DNA of 64,000 nucleotides from Candidatus Colwellbacteria bacterium (GTDB lineage Bacteria; Patescibacteriota; Minisyncoccia; UBA6257; Colwellbacteraceae): NCBI GenBank assembly GCA_028710275.1, contig JAQTUL010000004.1, positions 11,646 to 75,645 of the forward strand, read 5' to 3'. Shown piece by piece: positions 39,201 to 48,252 of this stretch (position 1 is its first letter; each line of letters starts with the position of its first letter). The notes under the pieces were generated by a model. It saw only the letters and a program-made list of their open reading frames with translations, ran no database searches and was not told where the DNA came from. The position numbers and the translations under genes were made by a program.

Positions 39201-41190
39201 ACAAAACAAACATCTTCCCGATTTCAGTCTATTCGCGAATGATGAATTCATCAAAGGGATGATTGATGGGTATTTCAGTGGTGATGGATGTGTAACATTA
39301 AAAGGTGACATTACTTGTAGTTCCACATCTGAACTTTTGATTGATGAACTTATGATGCTTTTGGGGGTGTATGATATTTTCAGTTACAAAGGACGAACAC
39401 ATATTAAAAAAAATAATATTGGGAGCCTAAATATCCTTCCCGGATTTAATATAGCAATTAGAGCGGGAAATGTACGACGATATTATCAAAATTTCACATT
39501 CACACTCGATTATAAACAGGAAAGACTAAACTTGAATAAGAATAAGAAATATAAATCTACCTATTATCACAACGATTGTATTCCCGGTATTAAGAGTAAA
39601 CAAATCAATGGTGATATCCATAGAGATCTACTAATTAAAATTCTTGATAAGGGAGTTGATGTTGAGGATATTGATGTGTTGTATGATGCGGTGGACACCG
39701 AAGTTCTATTCGACGAGATTATTTCTATTGATGAAGTAGAATCTACTACTCCTTTCGTGTATGATTTAACCGTTGCTGATACACGCAATTTCTCGGGTCG
39801 GGACGGGCTTGCTTTGGCCGACACCTTTCATCTTGCAGGAGTTTCCTCGGCAAACGTAACTCTTGGAGTTCCTCGTACGAATGAGATTCTAAATGCGTCC
39901 AAGAACCAGAAGACGAATGTACTCCAGATTTCTCTACTTCCCACATCAACCGATCTCACAAGTCTGCAGAAGGTGAGAGATAAGTGTCGAGTACTCTTCG
40001 AAGAGAGATATGTGGATCAGTGTATTACGAAACACGAGGTTCTGAATAAGAAGTACGATTCTCTGTCGAAAGAAGATCAGATATGGTACGATCTCTTCGA
40101 CATGTTCTACACAACTCATTATCGAGATTGTGACTGGTGTATTCGTCTCACTCTCAACAAACTTATTATGTATCAGTACAAGCTCACAACTGAAAAAATC
40201 GCTAAACTCATTGAGGAGGAGTACAAAGATTGCCGATGTGTGTTCTCTCCCGATGAGAATGGAATCATTGATGTGTATATCGACACAACTAATGTTGATA
40301 CACCAAGTGTTATCCTCGCAACTAAGAAGAAGTCCGGTAAGAGAGGAAAGAAGGATGACGACGAGAAAAAGAAGAAAAAGAAGAAAAAGGGTGAAGAGGA
40401 TGACGACGAAGATGAACAGAGAGAACCGAGAAGTCTCATCAATGATGAGAACAAAGACTACTACTTCGTTTCTCGTGTGGCATTGGATTATATTCTGGAT
40501 ATCAAATTGGGTGGTGTCGAGGGAATCACTAAAGTGTATTATCAGCTGGATAACAAATCAAAGGAATGGAAGATTGAGACGTCCGGAACTAATATGCGAG
40601 AGGTTATGAATCATCCGGAAGTTGATTTCCGACATGTTGTTTCGAATAACATGTGGGAGATCTTTGGAATTCTCGGTATCGAAGCCGCCCGTAGATTCCT
40701 GGTGTCAGAGATCACTGCGACCATCTCATTCGGAGGAACATTCATCGATCCTGTTCATCCCGCGCTTCTCGCTGACTCGATGACGAGTACAGGAACTATC
40801 ACGTCAGTGAATAGATATGGAATCAGTAAGAGTGTGGTCGGGGTTCTGACTCCGGCGTCGTTCGAACAATCACATCAGAACATGTTGGACGCTCCAGCAA
40901 AGGGTGTGACTGATGATCTCTCGACTGTCAGCGCGGGAATCATCACAGCGAAACATGTTCGTCTTGGAACAGGATACTTTGGTCTCTTTACGAATCGAAA
41001 GAAACTGAAGAATATGACTATCCCCAAGCCTCTTCCAATGATTATGGAGGAGGTTAAGAATATCCCGGAGGATTCGAGATTTCCATCTTCGAATGCGGTG
41101 TTCAAGAATGGAGGTACAGGTAAGGTAACCGAGAAAGAGACCAAGAGAGATGTCGTGTCTCTTCCAGCGATGGAGTACGAGGACTTCTAA
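36241..41190 (+). CDS. RPB1: DNA-directed RNA polymerase II largest subunit (RPB1), C-terminal portion only, interrupted by two inteins
   Basis: Extein 'LAIGEPTTQM|...|TLN|...|TFHLAGVSSANVTLGVPRTNEILNASKNQKT' matches RPB1 '[39 protein letters not shown]'. C-terminal 'GVTDDLSTVSAGIITAKHVRLGTGYFGLF' matches 'GVSENVILGQLAPIGTGAFDV'. About 900 N-terminal residues of RPB1 are absent. Confidence 0.8.
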   Translation: MTRKTDFLYKKKQNITPVLVFSPRMSKAIIIEYDSEEEIQTPDENSDVEILEEGEEIFDEDQEETKESERIPEMKSLKISGEKKRKLTEEEMYEITDFLQVDPDKDWETSMAVMDENRNDLFEQLKNIEIYPSQIPKLKMGIKNDYETSKIEPGTAIGCDSSLAIGEPTTQMSQPKTTKVVLRQGNKTINTTMGEFIDSEIEKAWMIVSEDNGSEIVPDGVFKVTEIMTVSKDEKVSWNKITELSRHPVNGDLVRIKTDSGRETVCTLSHSLLTRNLNGVVPILGSDIQVGHRVPVFFRTPEVDNPISEIELWKDTTVDLTSSFGEFIGIYIAEGSTCKSSNSVVVTTNQEYYKNVSYEFFSEMGKNAKTREKPLHKIQGSKKEYKSTDHIISHKLLSQWLRTNIGTYSHNKEIPGFIYGCKREFIAGVLRGMFDGDGNFHGSRKSIKYHTTSSELIQQVAFLLSYFGIFSTYQIEKEACDEHRALWVLLIFGPKFGKIFSEQIGTNNEKNKRELDSYINDKDGRNFIDQVPNCAELVSKIGRGLKLPGASRNYGRWVKKESEGSCIGKNTLIEYVKLFTEKNEEKDAGFEDDISLLQQAIDADVIWDRVVEVEIIKADPDEKVYDFSVAINETFATQSGILVHNTLNSIDYKEHIVVKNGTSVTCPKIGDFVDKIVIDNKKDVKVYDEVTEYVDINFMNLETPCVDENGKMHWKKIEAVTRHPPPGGNKLLEVKTQTGRRTTATKAKSFLLRRDNKVVGVNGSELTVGDRLPVTVKFPRPLENDRLKTINLSRYLSKEKFVFGTDLWKAREIKERYNKGGRKEWKDEIREEYTYGGRNTRWWSDNFGIDFTLPYHRCDAAMDALEGKKKEYIGNEIIKKGMVYTTRRSVGEVNEIPEEFELDNDFGFVVGAYIAEGHCANTGTQCIISNNDEKFRKRIETWCDKHKLGYHVQVQHDKNFKGATSTDLRIHSTLMVEWFTNMCGNYSQNKHLPDFSLFANDEFIKGMIDGYFSGDGCVTLKGDITCSSTSELLIDELMMLLGVYDIFSYKGRTHIKKNNIGSLNILPGFNIAIRAGNVRRYYQNFTFTLDYKQERLNLNKNKKYKSTYYHNDCIPGIKSKQINGDIHRDLLIKILDKGVDVEDIDVLYDAVDTEVLFDEIISIDEVESTTPFVYDLTVADTRNFSGRDGLALADTFHLAGVSSANVTLGVPRTNEILNASKNQKTNVLQISLLPTSTDLTSLQKVRDKCRVLFEERYVDQCITKHEVLNKKYDSLSKEDQIWYDLFDMFYTTHYRDCDWCIRLTLNKLIMYQYKLTTEKIAKLIEEEYKDCRCVFSPDENGIIDVYIDTTNVDTPSVILATKKKSGKRGKKDDDEKKKKKKKKGEEDDDEDEQREPRSLINDENKDYYFVSRVALDYILDIKLGGVEGITKVYYQLDNKSKEWKIETSGTNMREVMNHPEVDFRHVVSNNMWEIFGILGIEAARRFLVSEITATISFGGTFIDPVHPALLADSMTSTGTITSVNRYGISKSVVGVLTPASFEQSHQNMLDAPAKGVTDDLSTVSAGIITAKHVRLGTGYFGLFTNRKKLKNMTIPKPLPMIMEEVKNIPEDSRFPSSNAVFKNGGTGKVTEKETKRDVVSLPAMEYEDF
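36757..38175 (+). mobile_element. intein 1 in RPB1 (473 aa, LAGLIDADG endonuclease)
   Basis: Begins with Ser after 'TQM', carries 'FIGIYIAEGST' and 'FIAGVLRGMFDGDGNF' LAGLIDADG blocks, and ends with the canonical 'SGILVHN|T'. Confidence 0.7.
38185..39822 (+). mobile_element. intein 2 in RPB1 (546 aa, LAGLIDADG endonuclease) with a non-canonical C-terminal junction
   Basis: Starts 3 extein residues (TLN) after intein 1 and carries 'FVVGAYIAEGHC' and 'IKGMIDGYFSGDGCV'. The C-terminal block reads 'VYDLTVADTRNFSGRDGLALAD|TFH', which lacks the usual His-Asn. Confidence 0.55.
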
Positions 41191-41254
41191 ACAGATGAAA
41201 ACTGAATATATTTGAATACAGAATGAGGAGTGTACTTCTCTCACCAGTATTCAA

Positions 41255-41773
41255 ATGTCTAAACTTGTTGAGATTATTTTTGAGGAGGATACCGACGATA
41301 AACTCGCTCGGTTTGATAGGGCTTTATCAAACAAGAAGATCTTCCATAACGGGGGATGGGAGACTGCTAGACTAAAAGAGATACGAAAGTCTCTCACCGA
41401 CTCTATTAGCGCAAAGGAACTCAAATCCAATCTGGAATACTGTAGGGGTCTTAGATTTCGTCTACACGATCATATAGCAAGTTTTGATGGTGGATATATG
41501 ATCAATTACAGAAAGAAATGTGAGTTACAACTTAACGCTGTAGATCTTTTGATCGAGATTCTCACCGAGATATCGAGTATAGGATATACTAAACCGAAAA
41601 TAGTTTACGAAAAGCCAGAAGAATGTCCAATCTGTTTAGGTGATCTGAATATTCAAAAGCTACCAATGTCTTGTGGACATTGGTGTCATAAGAAGTGTAT
41701 GGATGATTGGAATACGAGAACCGACAAGAATACATGTCCTGTATGTAAAGAGACTGATATATCTTTCGTATAA
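41255..41773 (+). CDS. RING-finger protein
   Basis: 'CPICLGDLNIQKLPMSCGHWCHKKCMDDWNTRTDKNTCPVCK'. Confidence 0.6.
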   Translation: MSKLVEIIFEEDTDDKLARFDRALSNKKIFHNGGWETARLKEIRKSLTDSISAKELKSNLEYCRGLRFRLHDHIASFDGGYMINYRKKCELQLNAVDLLIEILTEISSIGYTKPKIVYEKPEECPICLGDLNIQKLPMSCGHWCHKKCMDDWNTRTDKNTCPVCKETDISFV

Positions 41774-41780
41774 AAATTGA
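41773..41780 (+). promoter_or_regulatory. AAAATTGA mimivirus-type early promoter octamer
   Basis: Exact octamer 14 nt upstream of the ATG at 41794. Confidence 0.4.
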
Positions 41781-41793
41781 TTATTTTAGAAAT

Positions 41794-42027
41794 ATGAATA
41801 ACATATTTCACCCACTCTCACCACACAATCGTTCATCAAACATGTCATCTTCACTTGCTAAGTTCAATTCTTGGAAAGAAACTCGCGAGACGGAAAAGTA
41901 TTTCATTCGTCAGGTTATGTGGAATTATTGGGATAAGTACAACGGGGTGTTCTCGATGGAGAAAATTTCCAAGTTCATCTTGGCTGACTATGGTACAAAA
42001 GTGAATGGAACTTATAGTGGATATTGA
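41794..42027 (+). CDS. hypothetical small protein
   Basis: 77-aa ORF preceded by AAAATTGA. Its stop lies inside the first copy of a 40-bp direct repeat. Confidence 0.35.
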   Translation: MNNIFHPLSPHNRSSNMSSSLAKFNSWKETRETEKYFIRQVMWNYWDKYNGVFSMEKISKFILADYGTKVNGTYSGY

Positions 42028-42149
42028 TGATCTAATCATCGAACTAATTTATCGAAAGAAAGTTGGAATCGCGCTTGATTAAACTCCCATGGCGATTGGA
42101 ACCGGAAGAATATTGATGATCTAATCATCGAACTAATTTATCGAAAGAA
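42021..42149. repeat. perfect 40-bp direct repeat (42021..42060 and 42110..42149) flanking a 49-bp GC-richer spacer
   Basis: 'atattgatgatctaatcatcgaactaatttatcgaaagaa' occurs twice. Each copy contains the hairpin 'tgatgatctaatcatcg'. Confidence 0.8.
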
Positions 42150-42200
42150 GTAATAAAATTGTTTATTACTTATCATTAATATGTATTATCATTCCTCGTC

Positions 42201-42404
42201 ATGTCGTCCCAAATGCAAACTGATCTGAACTGTGTAATCGGGAGATGTCTTCTCGCATCTATTGATCCAAATAGAACTTATCGTCTCGATAAACTCTTAA
42301 TCGCGATTCAGGAATATGGACAGAATTTCGGAGGATTCGATGAAGATATTGAAAAGGCGATCGACGACGATATCGAGATTGAGAAACTCTTCCCTGAAAT
42401 CTGA
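42201..42404 (+). CDS. hypothetical small acidic protein
   Basis: 67-aa ORF. Confidence 0.3.
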   Translation: MSSQMQTDLNCVIGRCLLASIDPNRTYRLDKLLIAIQEYGQNFGGFDEDIEKAIDDDIEIEKLFPEI

Positions 42405-42475
42405 CATTTTTAATAACGTGGTTCGAAATTGGTCCAATTGAACCAATCGATAAAGAGATCCGAGAATGTCTAACT

Positions 42476-42733
42476 TTGGAGTGTAGCCGATTCAGTGTAA
42501 GTGCGTGTCAGGAAAATCGTGATAACCTGGAAAAGAATATCAAAAAATGTGTCGACAAGGTCCATGAGATGAAAAAGACTCGTGTCGACAAGGTCCATGA
42601 GATGAAAAAGACTCCTTTATCAACAAACGATAAGCTATTGGAATACATAGCCCTAAAAGAGAAAGCTCTCAAAGACTTAGTTACCGAGAAAGAGAATGAG
42701 ATAGAGAATCTCAAAAAGCTGGTTCGAGTTTAA
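42476..42733 (+). CDS. hypothetical small protein with a duplicated 'KVHEMKKT' unit
   Basis: 85-aa ORF with an internal 27-nt duplication. Confidence 0.3.
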   Translation: MECSRFSVSACQENRDNLEKNIKKCVDKVHEMKKTRVDKVHEMKKTPLSTNDKLLEYIALKEKALKDLVTEKENEIENLKKLVRV

Positions 42734-42766
42734 AACATCGGTCTGATATCAGACTTGTTCCAACTT

Positions 42767-43156
42767 TTAAAGCTCTTCAAGTCGTTCTCGTCTCCAATCT
42801 CGTCCGTATACTCTGATCAGGAAAGTCAACTCTTCTTTAGAAAGTTCTTCTTCACCATAGTCGCGTACAACATAGAGTAATCTTTGAGCTGTCATGTTGT
42901 CGCCCTCGGCGTCAACTCCTGAAATCGGTTCATAAGTACAGTCCATCAGTGACTCACCGATCGCTTGATATTTCTGATACTTTGCAGGATCCTTCATTCG
43001 AAGATAATCCACCTGTTGTTGAAGTCCATCAATATAATCTTGTTGTTTTCTCTTCTCTTCAGCAAAAAGAGGATTATCCGGTTTCTTCTCGCATTGATCC
43101 AACGTGAATACTGGACGAGTTACTGATTCCATGGTTTCTTTTTGTTCTTCAGTCAT
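42767..43156 (-). CDS. hypothetical protein
   Basis: 129-aa ORF with a hairpin 'ttataactctaaaatcggagttataa' upstream of its start. Confidence 0.45.
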   Translation of the reverse strand: MTEEQKETMESVTRPVFTLDQCEKKPDNPLFAEEKRKQQDYIDGLQQQVDYLRMKDPAKYQKYQAIGESLMDCTYEPISGVDAEGDNMTAQRLLYVVRDYGEEELSKEELTFLIRVYGRDWRRERLEEL

Positions 43157-43239
43157 CTTGTTATACAGAAGAGATTCTTTAAAGTTAGAGTTTACCCTTT
43201 TACAAATTTTATAACTCTAAAATCGGAGTTATAAAATAC

Positions 43240-43908
43240 TTACTGCATCATCATCAATTCTCTATTAACACGCGGGCTATCTGATCCTATCGGAAGATTG
43301 AGATTTATCATCATCGTAATATCTTCGTCCGCATCATCGCTGAAAGTTGTACTCGAAAATGGGGTGTTGTCGAGGATGTTCTCTATCCATGTGTGCTCGA
43401 GAAGATCTTTTGCAGATTGAACAGTTACACTAGGATCTGTGAGATACTTAAGAATAGCAATAAGAATATGCTTATTGGTTGTGATACTGTCACTTCTCAC
43501 AGTGAATTCCTTGCTTGTACGATCATAGTATACGTTCTTGCTGATCGTTAGAATATCCTGTAGTTTATAATCAGGAATATCGATAATAATAGTTGTGTAG
43601 AGGAAATTCTTCTTCATAGTTCCATCCTCCATTCTGGTTACAGCTTCATCTTTAAGAATCACAGATTCATACGGAGAATCCTCATATACTTTGGAAGGGA
43701 ACCACATCGCAAATCCCCCTTTCTGATTGATTATTATCTGAGGAGAACCGAACTCAGCTACCAGACGTACAAATAGAGATTTCGGTTCGTTATTCACGAA
43801 TTGAGACACACTTTCCTTCACACCTTTTCTATGGGTTGAAACGTAGACAATCAACGCCAACAGAATAACAATAACAAGAAGACAGATCCAGAGAGGAGGC
43901 ATTTTCAT
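43240..43908 (-). CDS. hypothetical signal-anchored protein
   Basis: 222-aa ORF with an N-terminal TM helix. Confidence 0.45.
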   Translation of the reverse strand: MKMPPLWICLLVIVILLALIVYVSTHRKGVKESVSQFVNNEPKSLFVRLVAEFGSPQIIINQKGGFAMWFPSKVYEDSPYESVILKDEAVTRMEDGTMKKNFLYTTIIIDIPDYKLQDILTISKNVYYDRTSKEFTVRSDSITTNKHILIAILKYLTDPSVTVQSAKDLLEHTWIENILDNTPFSSTTFSDDADEDITMMINLNLPIGSDSPRVNRELMMMQ

Positions 43909-43949
43909 CTTGGTTCTTTATTGAAAGAAAGAAAAGAAAACTTATAAAA

Positions 43950-44870
43950 ATGAAATCTCGACGCCCTGTTGAATCTAATTCATCTCTTCGACCAACGATC
44001 GTAAATTTCAATATGTCTGCTCCTCAATACTCTTCTTACGCGCAACCGATACCAGTACCTCAGTACGAGGATGTTCTTCTTCAGAGATTCAGAGATCTCG
44101 CTTCTCAATATGAGATCTCTGATAAATTCGCTGCGAAAATGAGACAACTCGAGGGATGCGACATCAGCATCATTCTCGACGATTCCTCTTCGATGTGTAA
44201 TCCAATCTATCCTATTCCCGCATTCGGTAAGGCGACTACTCGATGGGACGAGGAGAAGAACATTACCGGCATCGTAGTAGATATCGCAAGTGTCATGGAT
44301 AAAGATGGATTGGAAGTCAACTTTCTCAATCGTGGAACTCTCAGTGGAATCTCTCATTCGTCGCAGCTCGGATCCATCTTCTCTGGCGGACCTTATGGAA
44401 GTACACCGTTATGTTCTATGTTACGATCTGTTATCACGAGTAAGATGTCTGTCGCAAAGGAGAAGAAGGTTATCATCTACATTGTTACCGACGGAGAACC
44501 TGACGGTGGAGCTGGAGATTTGAAGAGAATTCTGGAGAATGAGAGACATCCGAACATGTATGTTACGTTTGTTGCTTGTACTAGCGATCTCTCTGTCGTC
44601 GCATATCTTAACGACTGGGACAAAACCATTCCTCGCGTTGATGTTGTCGATGACTATCTATCGGAGAAAGCAGAGATTCTTCGAGTAAATCCGAGTATCT
44701 CTTTTACGTTTGGAGATTATGTTGTCAAGTCTCTGGTTGGAGCTATCGATTCTGAGTTTGATAACATGGATGAGAGTCGTCGTAACATCTATGTGAGTAT
44801 ACCCGACCCAGTAAACAAGAAATCAACTCTTCCGATTCAGCCCACTCAACAATGTTGTACCATTCTCTAA
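43950..44870 (+). CDS. von Willebrand factor A (vWA) domain protein
   Basis: MIDAS-like 'ISIILDDSSSM', followed by 'GSTPL' and 'IIYIVTDGEPDGG'. Confidence 0.55.
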   Translation: MKSRRPVESNSSLRPTIVNFNMSAPQYSSYAQPIPVPQYEDVLLQRFRDLASQYEISDKFAAKMRQLEGCDISIILDDSSSMCNPIYPIPAFGKATTRWDEEKNITGIVVDIASVMDKDGLEVNFLNRGTLSGISHSSQLGSIFSGGPYGSTPLCSMLRSVITSKMSVAKEKKVIIYIVTDGEPDGGAGDLKRILENERHPNMYVTFVACTSDLSVVAYLNDWDKTIPRVDVVDDYLSEKAEILRVNPSISFTFGDYVVKSLVGAIDSEFDNMDESRRNIYVSIPDPVNKKSTLPIQPTQQCCTIL

Positions 44871-44897
44871 TTCAGTAAAAAGTGATTAATTATATTC

Positions 44898-45149
44898 TTG
44901 ATGGCTTATAAGCCATCAAGAATGCCTCTTCATTCGTGTGATATTTTTAGACGCGAGAATAAATATCGTACAACATCCAAAATAGTACGTGTCAGTATTC
45001 GGATGGTTCCGTCGAAAAAAACATCTCATATCCGTACCCATCTTCGTAAATATGATACTCGATACGGAGAACCATTTATGCATGGTCGTAAATCCGTAGT
45101 TTTGAAACGGGAAGCTGAGATTGACTGTAAAAATTGGAAGTACGATTAA
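44898..45149 (+). CDS. hypothetical basic small protein
   Basis: 83-aa ORF. Confidence 0.25.
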   Translation: MMAYKPSRMPLHSCDIFRRENKYRTTSKIVRVSIRMVPSKKTSHIRTHLRKYDTRYGEPFMHGRKSVVLKREAEIDCKNWKYD

Positions 45150-45340
45150 AACGGTGTCTCTATAGAGAATCCTCTTTGTTGCTCACCTGTATATCTGTTG
45201 TACCAGGGATCGTTATCATTAAACTCCTGTTCTTTATCAAACCCCTCGTATACAATAGATTTTTCCGGATGTGATTGAGAACTCCATAACCAGATCAATG
45301 CAAAAAAGACTATACCTATGAGAATATAACGATGACACAT
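45146..45340 (-). CDS. hypothetical small membrane protein
   Basis: 64-aa ORF with one TM helix. Confidence 0.3.
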   Translation of the reverse strand: MCHRYILIGIVFFALIWLWSSQSHPEKSIVYEGFDKEQEFNDNDPWYNRYTGEQQRGFSIETPF

Positions 45341-45373
45341 ACTTTATTATAGAAAAGACTATAATAAAGAATC

Positions 45374-46297
45374 TTAAACGATGAGTAGATGGTTCGACAA
45401 TTCGGAAACAATAAATTCCCTTAATCTGTCCGGAGTCTTGAATGTATATTTATAAGGGATAACTATCAGATTTATATCGCTATCATCACAAATCATAGCC
45501 TTCATCTCATCGCGTTCTCTCTGTTTTTTGAGATCCTTTTCACCATTACGATGGAAATGAGGAATATATTCGTAATGTTGTTTTCCGTTATATTCAAATG
45601 CAAGTTTGAGATCTTTATTATATCCGTCTAATTCAAGACCAAAGAGAAATTTATCTCTACATTTATTGAATTTATGACCAGTTATCTCTTCGAAAATCTC
45701 TCTACACATTCTCTCGGATGAGAATTGCGAACAGTAAGGGCACCCGCTTTCTTTAGAATTTATATTGTTATAACAAGTACGCCATTCATGGCCTATTTTA
45801 CATCTCCAATTACCAGATGTACAATTATTAGGAGGAATCTCTTCATCTATAAATTCAAACCCTCTTTCCTCTGCTAGATTGTGATAATCTTCTTCAGTTT
45901 TTCTCTGGTTACCGTAACACCCAGGACATCCACTTTCCCTAGCATCTATATTATGATATGAGACTTCCCATTTATGACCTTCTTTACATTCCCATTCAAA
46001 AGGTACATGTGTGTGATGCGGAATTCGTTTATCAATAAATTTAATTCCTCTCTTCTCTGCAAGTTCATGATATTTTTCTACTCCGTAAACTAATGTCTGT
46101 CCTCTTCTATCATCATAACAAATATGACAGTTTTGACCCAAGTACACATTGTTGTATCGCATTTGGAATACGTGTCCATTTGCGCATTTCCAGTCATACT
46201 TTACTTTTGAATTCTCTGGTACACCTTCAAAGAGAAATTCCAATCCTTTCTCTTCAGCTAAATTTAAATAATTCTGTCTAGTCTTCTTAGGAGGCAT
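45374..46297 (-). CDS. protein with three tandem zinc-ribbon-like repeats and a C-terminal DUF559/Vsr-like endonuclease-like domain
   Basis: Three copies of 'LAEE(K/R)G.EF....P......W.C..GH.W...Y.N.....SGCP.C'. C-terminal 'LELDGYNKDLKLAFEYNGKQHY' resembles the (I/V)E.DG...H nuclease block. Confidence 0.45.
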   Translation of the reverse strand: MPPKKTRQNYLNLAEEKGLEFLFEGVPENSKVKYDWKCANGHVFQMRYNNVYLGQNCHICYDDRRGQTLVYGVEKYHELAEKRGIKFIDKRIPHHTHVPFEWECKEGHKWEVSYHNIDARESGCPGCYGNQRKTEEDYHNLAEERGFEFIDEEIPPNNCTSGNWRCKIGHEWRTCYNNINSKESGCPYCSQFSSERMCREIFEEITGHKFNKCRDKFLFGLELDGYNKDLKLAFEYNGKQHYEYIPHFHRNGEKDLKKQRERDEMKAMICDDSDINLIVIPYKYTFKTPDRLREFIVSELSNHLLIV

Positions 46298-46351
46298 ATT
46301 TATACATATGAATAATGTATAAATAAGTAACGACTATCATTTTTAAAATGT

Positions 46352-47461
46352 TTAGAGAGCAAACGCTCGCTTTTGACCCCAAGGATTCACCGGTCCTTCG
46401 AGGTTGGGTTGAGTTCCATAAGCAAGCTTCGGTTTCAACATATCCTTGTTGATCATACCAGTAAGATTTGAAAGTGCCGTAGTAGTATTTGCAGTACTTT
46501 GTCCAGTAGACTGCTCGCGAGATCGAGAATATGCAATATCCTGAAGATCCTGGTACTCCTGAATATCCGAAAAATAACCAAAGTAGCCCTTGACGAGATC
46601 GACAGTAGGAACAGTCGCGATATCAAACCAACCGGTCTTCACAGGTTCAATATCGAGATCTCCACGGATTCGATCGGCCTCGTTGTGATTACGCTTCTTT
46701 AGCGGAGCAAACACTGTACGATCGTACATAAAGTTAGAGGGATCAGAGGGATCGCGAGCAAGTGGTTGACGCATATCCGGAGCCGGAAGGAGATCCTTAG
46801 GAACAGTGTACTTAAGAGTGTTAGGGTTGTAGTTATTGTTAAGAGAGGCCTTGTAAGTTGCTGCAGCCGAGTTCATCTTAGAAGCCTGGAACGTACCATC
46901 ATTTCCAAGTGATGCGAAGTCGTTAGCAACGGTACCATATCCGCTACTATTTTTTGTCGGAGAATTTCCCTGGGGATTATCAGCAGCGAGACCTTCATAA
47001 TCAGTATCAGCATACGTCACAAAGGACGCCGCATCAACTGTACCGATATTTTGCCCGACCGACGGATCATATTGTCCAGTTACATCACCATTTGGTTGTA
47101 CAACCGCGCGCATTCTCTGAGGAGGAGCAAATCCTTCACGGGATCCCTGTTTAGCATTTTGATTATAGAAAGCCTGAGTATCGAGAGAGTCCGATGCTAC
47201 TCTGTTGTACGATGCGAGATTGTTTACATCCGGAGAATTTCCGTTGATAAAACCACCATACACGTTAGAGTCAAAACGCAGATTCATGTTGTTGGGATCT
47301 AGGTTAGAATTAAAAGATGGACGGGTCATAATCGAGGGATCCAATCCCTTGTTGTAGTAGAGATCAGCGTAGTGTTCTTTCTTCTTGTTACAGCTACAGT
47401 AGATGAGAGCCAGAACAAGAATTACAAGCAAACCAATTAGAATTGTTCTAGAATTGAGCAT
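46352..47461 (-). CDS. hypothetical signal-anchored low-complexity protein
   Basis: 369-aa ORF with an N-terminal TM and N/S/G/P-rich composition. Confidence 0.45.
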   Translation of the reverse strand: MLNSRTILIGLLVILVLALIYCSCNKKKEHYADLYYNKGLDPSIMTRPSFNSNLDPNNMNLRFDSNVYGGFINGNSPDVNNLASYNRVASDSLDTQAFYNQNAKQGSREGFAPPQRMRAVVQPNGDVTGQYDPSVGQNIGTVDAASFVTYADTDYEGLAADNPQGNSPTKNSSGYGTVANDFASLGNDGTFQASKMNSAAATYKASLNNNYNPNTLKYTVPKDLLPAPDMRQPLARDPSDPSNFMYDRTVFAPLKKRNHNEADRIRGDLDIEPVKTGWFDIATVPTVDLVKGYFGYFSDIQEYQDLQDIAYSRSREQSTGQSTANTTTALSNLTGMINKDMLKPKLAYGTQPNLEGPVNPWGQKRAFAL

Positions 47462-47643
47462 CCTTTACTGATTATGAAAGAAAAATATAATTTAGAGAAA
47501 TTTTGAAAAGTTACTCTATGCATTAGTTTATAAGCGGGAGATTCAAAGATTAGTTATTACAACTTTTAATTCTCTAAGATTAACATCCCTTTGTAGATAT
47601 TTGATACGATTGTAATTTTTATTTTGACAGTTTAATAGACCAA

Positions 47644-48087
47644 ATGGATTTGGTTCTCCTTCTGGCACTTCTCATAGTTTTTGTGGTCTGTTTCTACAAT
47701 CTAAACTATAAACGTAAAACATACCAGGATCCTTTAGTACGAAAAATTAAGTATGATGTATCACAATTAGACCCGAAATTATCCAGAATCGAGTTTTTCT
47801 CTTCAGATGAAAGTTACACCGAAGACAAAGATAAGATTTTTCTCTGTTTGAAGGATGAAACAGGACATTACTATGATTACAATATGTTGATATATGTAGC
47901 AATTCACGAATGCAGTCATGCATTAACCGATGTAATAGATGTTGAACATGTAACTCCCGAATTCAGAGGAATGTTTGAACATCTTCTAACAAAAGCGTAT
48001 AAACTAGGAATCTATGATCCGAACAAATCTCTCGTAACTAATTATTGCGGAATAAACATCAATCCAGGAGAAATGCAAAGAATATAA
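47644..48087 (+). CDS. small membrane-anchored HExxH zinc-metallopeptidase-like protein
   Basis: N-terminal TM and 'VAIHECSHAL' (HExxH). Confidence 0.4.
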   Translation: MDLVLLLALLIVFVVCFYNLNYKRKTYQDPLVRKIKYDVSQLDPKLSRIEFFSSDESYTEDKDKIFLCLKDETGHYYDYNMLIYVAIHECSHALTDVIDVEHVTPEFRGMFEHLLTKAYKLGIYDPNKSLVTNYCGININPGEMQRI

Positions 48088-48252
48088 GTTGTAACTGATC
48101 GTGTTTAACTATTGGATAAACTTCCGATTATTAAAGTGGTGGAAGATAAAATAATTATGAGAACTTTCAAATACAGTAAGTATTTGATAAACTTTGCTTT
48201 AGACAATTAGAAGTTTTATCAAATAAACTTTTTTCATTTCATATAGTAATCA

